DNA from: Gemmata obscuriglobus
GTDB taxonomy: Bacteria; Planctomycetota; Planctomycetia; Gemmatales; Gemmataceae
Reading direction: 5' to 3'
Length of the DNA stretch: 32,000 bases
Assembly (NCBI RefSeq): GCF_008065095.1
Contig: NZ_CP042911.1
Span: 3,750,001 to 3,782,000 of the forward strand
The notes under the pieces are model-generated. The model did no database searches, was not told where the DNA came from, and saw nothing but the letters and a program-made list of their open reading frames with translations. A program made the position numbers and the translations under genes. The stretch's first letter is position 1; the number at the start of each line of letters is the position of its first letter. This document shows, in pieces, positions 1 to 10,224 of the stretch.

Positions 1-2340
<2,340 letters not shown>

Positions 2341-2607
2341 TGTGGTCGCATACGGAGGTTGTTCGGCGCAAACTCCGAATAACTTATGAACACAACCCAG
2401 CGGGCCAAGAGCGCATCGGCAAGAGTGTCCCCAATGAGCGGCGGCAGGGGAGGGTGAGATGGGCCGAAATCGGGCGGAGTGCTTGGTAATGTGAGGGTGA
2501 CCGCGGCGAAGTGTGATGACGATCGCACTGGCCGTCCCGGTGCGATCTTGTTGCCCGAATGACGCAGACCGTTACGCCGCGCCGATTATATGGAACGGCT
2601 GACGTTA

Positions 2608-2627
2608 CTGGTCACTTGCGTGACCAG
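2608..2627. promoter_or_regulatory. 20-bp perfect palindrome CTGGTCAC-TTGC-GTGACCAG in the carB / secreted-protein divergent intergenic region (operator or hairpin candidate)
   Basis: Read directly: an 8-bp perfect inverted repeat with a 4-nt centre, about 100 bp upstream of the ATG at 2731. Confidence 0.2.
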
Positions 2628-2730
2628 AATGGTAGAGTGGTGAACTGAACGCATGTGGCTGCCGAGCACGCGATACTCTGTCCGAAGAGCGAGCCCGGCG
2701 TAATTCCTCTTCCCTTGGAGAACCGTACCG

Positions 2731-3576
2731 ATGCGCCCGTTCGCTGTATCTGTCGCGCTTGTCGCGGCCCTGTCTTTGTCCGCTCTGGCCGACGATACGG
2801 TCGAGATCAAGCCCCCCGTACTCAAGGCCGGGGACAAGTTCAAGGTGACCAAGACCGAGAAGACCAAGAGCACCGAGGCGTTCGAGTTCGGTGGCAAGGC
2901 AAGCAGCAAGGACAAAGAGGATTCCCGACTCATCGTTTACACCGAGCAAGTGGTGACGGCCGGGGCGGACGGCGAGAAGCCGGCGAAAGTGGTGCGCGTG
3001 TACGAGAAGTACGATGTCACAAGTGCTAAAGACGGCCCGCCGCCGCTCAACACCCCGATCACCATCGCCAAAAAAGGGGACAAGTTCGAATTCACGGCCG
3101 ACAAACCGATCGGAGAGTTTGCGACCGCACTGGAGCGCGAGTTTAACAAGCCCAACGAGCCGTCGACGAAGGACTTTCTGCCGGGCAAGCCGGTAAAATC
3201 GGGAGACTCGTGGAAAATCGATCCCACAAAGTTCGTTAAAAGCCTCGGGCAGGACAAGCTGAACGTGGACGCTGAGAAGTCGGTTATGACCGGTCGGCTG
3301 CTCAAGACGTACAAGAAAGACGGCAAGTTGTTCGGCGTGCTCGAGCTGAGCGCCACGTTCCCGCTGAAGGATCTGGGCAAAGAGGGCGTGACGCTGAAAA
3401 GCGGCACGATCAAGATGACCGTCAACACGGACGTGTGCATCGACGGAACCGACAACTCGGAGAACACCAAGTCGGTGCTCGGGTTCGATGTGGCGGCTGA
3501 GGCCATGGGCGTCAAGGTGACCGTCAAGTCCGACGGGGTGCAGAGCACCACCAAGGAATTAGTCCCGCGGAAGTGA
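2731..3576 (+). CDS. secreted hypothetical protein (Lys-rich, predicted beta-rich)
   Basis: 281-aa ORF with an N-terminal signal peptide MRPFAVSVALVAALSLSALA|DD. GGAG lies about 10 nt upstream of the ATG. Coding-like codon bias. No family recognised. Confidence 0.8.
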   Translation: MRPFAVSVALVAALSLSALADDTVEIKPPVLKAGDKFKVTKTEKTKSTEAFEFGGKASSKDKEDSRLIVYTEQVVTAGADGEKPAKVVRVYEKYDVTSAKDGPPPLNTPITIAKKGDKFEFTADKPIGEFATALEREFNKPNEPSTKDFLPGKPVKSGDSWKIDPTKFVKSLGQDKLNVDAEKSVMTGRLLKTYKKDGKLFGVLELSATFPLKDLGKEGVTLKSGTIKMTVNTDVCIDGTDNSENTKSVLGFDVAAEAMGVKVTVKSDGVQSTTKELVPRK

Positions 3577-3607
3577 CGCCGGCTCCGTCCGGTTGCTGTC
3601 GGCGGAC

Positions 3608-3635
3608 GCGGTGAGCGGTGAGTGCGCCGCTCGCC
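3608..3635 (+). terminator. hairpin downstream of the 281-aa gene (GCGGTGAGCGG / CCGCTCGCC, one G-U pair)
   Basis: Inverted repeat read directly. There is no clear U-tract, so its function is uncertain. Confidence 0.3.
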
Positions 3636-3702
3636 GACGTACAGTCGGACTCTCGGGCTTTCGGTCATTCGATAATTGATCCTTTTCCGCTCTGCATTTC
3701 TG

Positions 3703-3730
3703 TTGACACCTCTGTCCGGCCCGTTATACC
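3703..3730 (+). promoter_or_regulatory. sigma70-like promoter candidate: TTGACA, 16 nt spacer, TATACC
   Basis: Hexamers read directly, about 75 nt upstream of the MazG-like ATG at 3807. Promoter rules for this phylum are poorly known. Confidence 0.25.
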
Positions 3731-3806
3731 CACGGGCCGAAATCGGCGACTCATCCGGCGGGGGACACGGCCGGGGGCGCCGTGCCAGCACTCACGAGCC
3801 GGTTCA

Positions 3807-4139
3807 ATGCCCGATGCGACCACGCCCGTGGCCGCGCTGAAGGACGCCATTCGCGCGTTCGCAGCGGCCCGCGGGTGGGAGCCGTACCACACGCCCAAGA
3901 ACCTCGCGATGGCGCTGGCCAGCGAGGTCGGGGAGCTGTGCGACATCCTGCGGTGGCTCACGCCCGAGGAGTCCGTGGCGGTGGCGCGTGATCCGGTCCA
4001 GCGCGAGGCGTTCGCGGACGAATTGGCCGACATCGCGAACATCGTGTTTCTGCTGAGCGCGCACACCGGGATCGATCTGTCCGAGGCGGTGGCGGCGAAG
4101 ATGACCAAGAACGCGGTGAAGTACCCGGCGCCCGGGTGA
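3807..4139 (+). CDS. MazG-like nucleoside triphosphate pyrophosphohydrolase (small all-alpha NTP-PPase)
   Basis: Internal ATG of ORF 3618..4139. The sequence MPDATTPVAALKDAIRAFAAARGWEPYHTPKNLAMALASEVGELCDILRW...ADELADIANIVFLLS matches the MazG/dCTPase-like EXXE...E/DxxD helix pattern. Confidence 0.85.
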   Translation: MPDATTPVAALKDAIRAFAAARGWEPYHTPKNLAMALASEVGELCDILRWLTPEESVAVARDPVQREAFADELADIANIVFLLSAHTGIDLSEAVAAKMTKNAVKYPAPG

Positions 4140-4237
4140 CCCGGCGCCAAGTATTTCACCGCCAGCGGCGGCCGATCGGGGGAGATCGGTTCGCCGGCCA
4201 TAGGGACTTGTCCAGCCTGTTCGAGGGGGAGTGGGCC

Positions 4238-6430
4238 GTGCGTAAACGACCGATTGTCCTCGCGGCCGCTGTTGCGGTCGCGGGGCTCGCCATACTGGGA
4301 ACGGTGGTCGCGCAGCAGCCCACCGGCACCTACCCGCAGCCGAAGGTGGTGCCCGCCAGCGGCACCCTCCCGGGGACGGCCGTTCGCCCTTACGGCGACT
4401 GGACGCCGACGAACCCGCAACCGGTCTCTCCGGCGGCGGGGTTGGGGCTCGGCAGGCCCGCAAACACCGGCACCGCGGTGCGGCCCACGGGCGGGGCGAC
4501 GGCTGCGCCGGCCGGGCAGGTGCCGCCAGCCGGATATTCGACCGGCTCCGCCAACCGACCGCGGCCGGGCATTGCCGGGGCCGATCCGATTCGTCCGGCC
4601 GGAGGGTTCGATGTGCCGGCACCGAGCATGGAGTTCCCAGGCGCCGCACCGCCGGCCGCCGCACCAACCCGGCCGCTTCCGCCGCCGAGTTTGAGCCTTG
4701 AGCCGGGCGAAAGTAAGTTCGCGGCCCCGTCCGCTCCTCCGGGCAGCAGCACGCCTGCGCCGTACGTGCCGGTCCCGCCCGCCCCGGCTGGCACCCCGGC
4801 ACCCACGGGGGGCGCCGTTCCGCCCCCGTCGTTCCCGCCCGCCGGACCGAGCATGCCGCCGGTAACTGCGGTGCCGCCCGCGACGAACCCCAAGCCCCTT
4901 CCGCCGCTGCCGAACGGTATCGGAGCAAGTGCTCCGACGATGCCGACGGTTCCGGGGCCTGCGCTCGCTCCGGCCGCAACTCCGACGGTTCCGGCGGTCA
5001 CGCTGCCGGCCCGGATGGCTCAGAGCGTGAGTGTCGAGGCGGTGTGCCCGGATTCGGTTGTGTTTAACACCGAGGCCGAGTACGTGATCGTCGTGCGCAA
5101 CGCGGGCAACGTCGCCGTTCAGCACGTGCGCGTCGAAGACGAACTCCCGGCCGGGTGCCGGTACGTGAGCAGTAACCCGCCCGCCGAGCTGAACGGCGAC
5201 CGGCTCGTGTGGGCGCTCGGCGCCCTTGAAGCCAACTCCGACAAGCGGCTCGCGGTCCGGGTGCGGCCCACGGAAGAGGGCGAACTTCGCAGCCGTGCGA
5301 CGGTCACCTTTTCGGCCTCGGTGGACGCGAAAACCAAAGTCACCCGCCCCCGCGTTGCGGTCGCGGTGGTGTGCCCCGAGGTGGCCCGCGCCGGCGAGGA
5401 ACCTGTGTTCAAGATCAAGGTCACCAACAGCGGCACCGGTCCCGCGCAGCAGATGGTGCTCCAGGCGCTGCTGAGCGACGGGCTCGACTTCCGCAACCAG
5501 GGGGCGCGGCTCGAAACGAAGCTCGCGAACCTGCCCGCGGGCGAGACGCGCACGGTCGAACTCCCTCTGAACGCGCTCAAGGCGGGCCTGCAGTCGTGCC
5601 AGGTGACGGTGACCGCGGACGGCAGCCCGGAGGCGACCGCGAAGGCGTCGGTGAACGTGGTCGAGCCGATGCTCCAGGTGGCGCAGGCCGGGCCGGTCAA
5701 GTGCCTCGTCCGCGCCGAGCCGAGCTACGAGATCACGCTCTCCAACCCGGGCACCGCGACCACCGACGCGGTCACGGTTTACGCCGTCCTGCCGGACGGG
5801 TTCGATTTCCTGCAAGCGTCGGAAGGCGGCGCGTTTAACCCGGCCACGCGGGCGGTCACCTGGAAGCTCCAACCGCTGGCCGCCGGGGGCACGAAACTGG
5901 TGGGCCTCAAGCTGCGGGCCGGGGCCGCGGGCGACGTGATGCTCCGCACGGTCGCGATCGCCGCGCCCGAGGCTCAGCCCAACGGGATCGCTCCGGTGGG
6001 CGGCATCCCGGCTCGCGCGGGCCGCGGGCTGGAGGCCAAGGCCGAAACCGCGATCAAGGCCGAAGGCGTCGCGGCTCTGCGGTTCGAGGTGGCGGGGCTC
6101 GAGAACCCCGTTGAGGTGGGCAAGGAGGCGGTGTACGAGATCCGCGTCGTGAACCAGGGGACCGGCGCGTGCACCAACGTGCAGGTCATGGCCGCGCTCG
6201 CCGACGGGACGACGTACAGCGGGGCCAACGGCCCGACCGCGGGCAAGGCGACGGGGCAAACGCTGGTGTTCGAGCCGATCCCGAGTTTGGCGGTTAAGGG
6301 CGAGACGGTGTACCGGGTGCGGGTGCGCGGGAACGCCGCGGGCGAGCAGCGGTTCCGCGTTCAGCTCACCTGCGACCAGGTGCGCAACGCCGTCGTCAAG
6401 GAAGAATGCACGCGATTCTACAAGGAATAG
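4238..6430 (+). CDS. secreted Pro-rich protein with four DUF11 (conserved repeat domain, OmcB-like) repeats
   Basis: In-frame GTG at 4238 gives VRKRPIVLAAAVAVAGLAILGTVVA|QQ, a signal peptide. About 250 aa of Pro-rich spacer follows. Then come four ~105-130 aa repeats of the type V.V.CP..V..G....Y.I.V.N.G...A..V.V.D.LP.G. Confidence 0.85.
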   Translation: MRKRPIVLAAAVAVAGLAILGTVVAQQPTGTYPQPKVVPASGTLPGTAVRPYGDWTPTNPQPVSPAAGLGLGRPANTGTAVRPTGGATAAPAGQVPPAGYSTGSANRPRPGIAGADPIRPAGGFDVPAPSMEFPGAAPPAAAPTRPLPPPSLSLEPGESKFAAPSAPPGSSTPAPYVPVPPAPAGTPAPTGGAVPPPSFPPAGPSMPPVTAVPPATNPKPLPPLPNGIGASAPTMPTVPGPALAPAATPTVPAVTLPARMAQSVSVEAVCPDSVVFNTEAEYVIVVRNAGNVAVQHVRVEDELPAGCRYVSSNPPAELNGDRLVWALGALEANSDKRLAVRVRPTEEGELRSRATVTFSASVDAKTKVTRPRVAVAVVCPEVARAGEEPVFKIKVTNSGTGPAQQMVLQALLSDGLDFRNQGARLETKLANLPAGETRTVELPLNALKAGLQSCQVTVTADGSPEATAKASVNVVEPMLQVAQAGPVKCLVRAEPSYEITLSNPGTATTDAVTVYAVLPDGFDFLQASEGGAFNPATRAVTWKLQPLAAGGTKLVGLKLRAGAAGDVMLRTVAIAAPEAQPNGIAPVGGIPARAGRGLEAKAETAIKAEGVAALRFEVAGLENPVEVGKEAVYEIRVVNQGTGACTNVQVMAALADGTTYSGANGPTAGKATGQTLVFEPIPSLAVKGETVYRVRVRGNAAGEQRFRVQLTCDQVRNAVVKEECTRFYKE

Positions 6431-6589
6431 TTGCCCGCGCCGTGCGGGCAGACGGTGGGACGTGCAGCGTCCGAGAGAAGGCGCTCTGGGCGGAGCAACG
6501 GCCTTCTTTCGGCAGATCTCCTCGGTTCGGATTTTCGTCCCACGGCCGTGCGGGGGCACGGTCGTGGGGCTGGGGGAAGGGAGTCCGCA

Positions 6590-7156
6590 ATGAGCATCAG
6601 TCGCGCGCTGCGTAAGGACCGGGACCGGGCCGAGTCGGACGAGAACGCGATCCACATCCGGTGGATGATCCGCCGGGACATGCCGGACGTGATGGGGGTG
6701 GAGCTTGCCAGCTTCGAGTACGCCTGGACCGAAGACGACTTCCTGCGGTGCCTGCGCCAGCGGAACTGTATCGGGATGGTCGCCGAGCGGGGCGACACCG
6801 TCACCGGGTTTATGATCTACGAGCTGCACCGCACGCGGCTGCAGTTGCTGAACTTCGCTGTCGCGCCGGCGGCCCGGCGCGGCGGCGTGGGCAAGCTCTT
6901 GATCGGGAAGCTGATCTACAAGCTGTGCAGCCACCGCCGCCAGAAGCTGACGCTGGCGGTGCGGGAGCGCAACATCGCGGCCCAGATGTTCTTCCGGGCG
7001 CACCGGTTCAAAGCGGCGAAGGTGCTGCGCAACTACTACGAGGACAGCGGCGAGGACGCGTACCAGATGGAGTACCGGCCGGAGCCCGAAGAGTGGGCCG
7101 AGTTCGGCGGCGAACCGGTGAACCGGGTCGCGATGTACGAAGACAACCAGGGCTAA
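6590..7156 (+). CDS. GNAT family N-acetyltransferase, RimI-like
   Basis: ATG at 6590 is preceded by GGGGGAAGGGAG. The sequence IHIRWMIRRDMPDVMGVELASFEYAWTEDDF...LLNFAVAPAARRGGVGKLLIGKL carries the acetyl-CoA binding R-x-x-G-x-G motif. Confidence 0.85.
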   Translation: MSISRALRKDRDRAESDENAIHIRWMIRRDMPDVMGVELASFEYAWTEDDFLRCLRQRNCIGMVAERGDTVTGFMIYELHRTRLQLLNFAVAPAARRGGVGKLLIGKLIYKLCSHRRQKLTLAVRERNIAAQMFFRAHRFKAAKVLRNYYEDSGEDAYQMEYRPEPEEWAEFGGEPVNRVAMYEDNQG

Positions 7157-7244
7157 AGGGACCGCGCGGTTCGGCCGGACGCGCCGCACCGGCCGCACCC
7201 GCACAGGGGCACGAACCGCAACGGCACATGGAGAGGGCGCAGCG

Positions 7245-8750
7245 ATGACGACGGAGCGCAGGATGTGGTGGCGGAAAGTGGCGCTGGCCTCGGTCGGCGG
7301 GACCGTTGCGGTGGGCGGGCTGTTCGGCATCGTCCGTGCTACCTCGCCCGAGAAGACGCCGGTCGCTCCTGCGGCGCCGGTCGTCACAGACACCACCTGG
7401 AGCCGCGCCGCGGCCCCGAGCCCGGTGCCTCCGTCCGTGTCAAGGTTGGAGCACGCGCCGGTGGCGCCCGGCTCGGTGGTGCCGGCGGGCGCGGCGGTGC
7501 CGGTGCCGCTGCCCCCAGTGCCGAGCGTGCCGGTGCCCGCCGCACCCCCGGCACTGCCGCCCGTTCCGTCGGTGCCGTCCGCCATCGAGCCGATTGGTTC
7601 CGGGCCGCGCGCGCCCGACGCCGGGCTGCTGAATGCGGACAAAATTCCGTTGCCGCCGGTGCCTTCGATCGAGCTGCCAAGTGTGCCGAGCATACCGAAG
7701 GTGCCGGACCCGAAGCCGGCGGCACTGCCGGCTCCGGCTGAACTGCCGGCGCTTCCGACGCCGTTAGGGACGGTGGACCCGCCGAAGATTCCCACCAGCC
7801 CGCCCGCCCCGGCGGTGCCGTCGGCCGTTCTACCATTTCCTGCGGTTGCCCCACCCGCGGGGGCCGCGCCGCTTCCTCTCCCTGCGCCGTCACCAGACCC
7901 AGCCAAGGCGGTAATGCCGGTTAAACCGGATTCTGGCTTGAACCGGGCGAACCCGCAGAATACGCTCAATCCATCGTCCCCGGCTGGCCCGCCGGCACCG
8001 ACCGCGCCGCCGACTGGTCCGGGCGGGCGTGACGTGCCGGCGACAACCGTGGACCGGCCCAAGCCGCCCGAACCCGTGTTCGGGACGACCGAGAAGTTCG
8101 TGTTCCCGGCACCGGGCGCAACGGACCCGGGGGCTTCGACACCACGAGACGCAACGATGTTAAACCTCAAGCACGCGGCCGCCGCTGCGATCCTCGGTGG
8201 CGCGATCCTGGGCGCCGAACCGGTTCGCGCTGCTCCGGCGGCTCTGGTTCCAGCGGCCCAGACGCCCGCTGCCGACGACAAAGTCAGCGTCGAACAGCTC
8301 AAAACGGATCTCAAGGCCGCCAGCGACAGAATTAAGAAGCTCGAAGAGCAAGTCGAGAAGCTGGAAGCCTTGGTGCTGGGCAAAAAGGACCCTGACGGGA
8401 AACGGCTGACGAACAGTTTGGACCGGGGGGCCGTCGCGGACGTCGTGGACCTCAAGGACAAGATCAACAAGCTGGAGAAGGAGCTGAGTTCGCTGAAGAC
8501 GCAGACCGCGCTCAAGCCGGCCGTCGAGACGCCCGAGGTGAAGCCGAAGGGCATCGTTCGGGTGGTGAACGAGTACCCGGTCGAGATCACGATGCTCATT
8601 AACGACCGCACGCACCGGGTCGCGCCGAGCACAAAGGTCGACGTAGAAGTGCCCGCCGGTGATTTCAGTTACCAACTGCTTCAGTCCGGTGCCGCGGTGA
8701 CGCGGAGTGTCATCAAGGACAAGGAAACCGTGACACTTCGGATCAAATAA
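7245..8750 (+). CDS. membrane-anchored Pro-rich protein with C-terminal coiled coil and small beta domain (hypothetical)
   Basis: 501-aa ORF with an N-terminal TM segment (WWRKVALASVGGTVAVGGLFGIV). A long PxxP-rich region shows G/C third-position bias. A second hydrophobic segment lies near residue 305. A coiled coil (KKLEEQVEKLEALV...KINKLEKELSSLK) follows. Confidence 0.7.
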   Translation: MTTERRMWWRKVALASVGGTVAVGGLFGIVRATSPEKTPVAPAAPVVTDTTWSRAAAPSPVPPSVSRLEHAPVAPGSVVPAGAAVPVPLPPVPSVPVPAAPPALPPVPSVPSAIEPIGSGPRAPDAGLLNADKIPLPPVPSIELPSVPSIPKVPDPKPAALPAPAELPALPTPLGTVDPPKIPTSPPAPAVPSAVLPFPAVAPPAGAAPLPLPAPSPDPAKAVMPVKPDSGLNRANPQNTLNPSSPAGPPAPTAPPTGPGGRDVPATTVDRPKPPEPVFGTTEKFVFPAPGATDPGASTPRDATMLNLKHAAAAAILGGAILGAEPVRAAPAALVPAAQTPAADDKVSVEQLKTDLKAASDRIKKLEEQVEKLEALVLGKKDPDGKRLTNSLDRGAVADVVDLKDKINKLEKELSSLKTQTALKPAVETPEVKPKGIVRVVNEYPVEITMLINDRTHRVAPSTKVDVEVPAGDFSYQLLQSGAAVTRSVIKDKETVTLRIK

Positions 8751-8771
8751 CCTACCCGCCAACGCGGACAG

Positions 8772-8832
8772 CGGAACTCGGCGCGCGGGACCGAAGAGCC
8801 ACGAACTCTTCGGTCCCGCGCGCCGAGTTCCG
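8772..8832. terminator. 27-bp perfect-stem hairpin (CGGAACTCGGCGCGCGGGACCGAAGAG / loop CCACGAA / CTCTTCGGTCCCGCGCGCCGAGTTCCG)
   Basis: Read directly. It sits between the stop at 8750 and the cmk start at 8848. It is much longer than a normal intrinsic terminator and has no U-tract. Confidence 0.5.
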
Positions 8833-8847
8833 TGTTGCGAATTACCT

Positions 8848-9534
8848 ATGATTGTGACCATCGACGGCCCATCAGGTGTGGGGAAGAGTACGGCCACCCG
8901 TGAACTCGCCGCCCGCTTCGGGTTCGAGTACCTCAACACCGGCTCGATGTACCGGGCGGTCGCGCTGGCGATGCACCGGTTCGGCGTGCCCACGAGCGAC
9001 GAGCGAGCGGTGGGCGCTGCGCTGGCCGGGGTGCGGGTGGACGTGCCCCTCGGGAAAGTGCTGCTGAACGGGGCGGATGTCTCCGGACTTATCCGCACCC
9101 CCGAAGTGAGCCGCGGCGCGAGTGAGGTCGCGGTCCACCGCGCGGTGCGTCTGCTGTTAGTCGCGAGCCAGCGCGCCGCAGCGGTCGGCCGCGACATCGT
9201 GTGCGACGGGCGCGACCAGGGGTCGTTCGTGTTTCCGCTCGCAGAGTGTAAGTTCTTTCTTGTTGCCGACGCGCGCGTCCGGGCCGAGCGCCGGGCCGCA
9301 GAACTCGCCCGCGACGGCGCGACGGTGAGCGTCGAGGACATCCACCGGGACCAGGAGACGCGCGACCACCGGGACGCGCAGCGCGACCTGGGGCCGATGC
9401 GCCCGGCCCCGGACGCGGTCGTGGTCGATACAACAACGCTCACAACGGCCGAAGTGGTCGAGCGGTTGGAAAACATTGTTCTTGCGGTCCGGTCGTGTAA
9501 ACGGCGGCGATCGCCCGAAAGGCTACCCTCCTGA
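8848..9534 (+). CDS. cmk: cytidylate kinase
   Basis: MIVTIDGPSGVGKSTATRELAARFGFEYLNTGSMYRAV carries the P-loop and the Cmk-specific N-terminal signature. Length is 228 aa. Confidence 0.95.
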   Translation: MIVTIDGPSGVGKSTATRELAARFGFEYLNTGSMYRAVALAMHRFGVPTSDERAVGAALAGVRVDVPLGKVLLNGADVSGLIRTPEVSRGASEVAVHRAVRLLLVASQRAAAVGRDIVCDGRDQGSFVFPLAECKFFLVADARVRAERRAAELARDGATVSVEDIHRDQETRDHRDAQRDLGPMRPAPDAVVVDTTTLTTAEVVERLENIVLAVRSCKRRRSPERLPS

Positions 9535-10202
9535 TGGCAGACCGCCCGAACTTCGTCGGCCGGCTGTGGTACGACACGGTTTTCTGGTCCTCGTTCACGG
9601 CCTTCACGTTCGGTTTCAGCATCCGACGCCGAGGGTGGAAGAACATGCCGCGCACGGGACCGGTTCTCGTGCTGGCGAACCACCAGTCGATGTTCGACCC
9701 GGTGCTCGTGGGGCTGTCGTCGCGCCGGTACCTGTCCTATCTGGCGCGACACACGCTGTTCGAGCAGCGCGGGTTGGCACCCATGATCCGCAGCCTGAAC
9801 GCGATCCCGATCGACCGGAACGCGGGTAAGGACGGTATTCAGGCGGTGCTGAACGCCCTCGGCCAGGGGCAGGCGGTGTTGATGTTCCCGGAGGGCGAGC
9901 GGACCCACGACGGGAACGTGCATCCGCTCAAACCGGGGGTGTCGTTGCTGATCAAACGGGCCGGTTGCCCCATCGTCCCGGTCGGGATCGCGGGAGCGTT
10001 CGACGCGTGGTCGCGGTTCATGACCGTGCCCCGGCCGGCTCCGCTCTTTCTGCCGCCCGCCCCGGGTACGCTCGCGATCTCGGTGGGCGAACCGATTAAC
10101 CCGGCGCGCTACGAAGGCATGAAGCGCGAGGCGATGCTGGATGACCTGCATAAGTCGCTGGCCGCGCAGCACGCGGAGGCCGAACGCGTGAGACGCAAGT
10201 AA
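9534..10202 (+). CDS. plsC: 1-acyl-sn-glycerol-3-phosphate acyltransferase (lysophospholipid acyltransferase)
   Basis: HX4D motif NHQSMFD and FPEGERT motif are present. The start overlaps the cmk stop (TGATG), suggesting translational coupling. Confidence 0.9.
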   Translation: MADRPNFVGRLWYDTVFWSSFTAFTFGFSIRRRGWKNMPRTGPVLVLANHQSMFDPVLVGLSSRRYLSYLARHTLFEQRGLAPMIRSLNAIPIDRNAGKDGIQAVLNALGQGQAVLMFPEGERTHDGNVHPLKPGVSLLIKRAGCPIVPVGIAGAFDAWSRFMTVPRPAPLFLPPAPGTLAISVGEPINPARYEGMKREAMLDDLHKSLAAQHAEAERVRRK

Positions 10203-10224
10203 CTGCGTACTCCGGTAATTGGGC

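Noticed and set aside
2392-2404. Exact 13-mer ACAACCCAGCGGG shared with 12561-12573 (inside the first 22-bp repeat unit)
   Set aside because: A few exact 13-mer matches are expected by chance within 32 kb, and the flanking sequence shows no further similarity.
3665-8632. 1655-aa minus-strand ORF, the longest in the track
   Set aside because: It is antisense to four well-supported plus-strand genes (MazG-like, DUF11, GNAT, Pro-rich). Its translation is Arg/Gly/Ala/Pro-rich low-complexity sequence with no domain. It is the typical stop-codon-free antisense frame of high-G+C DNA.
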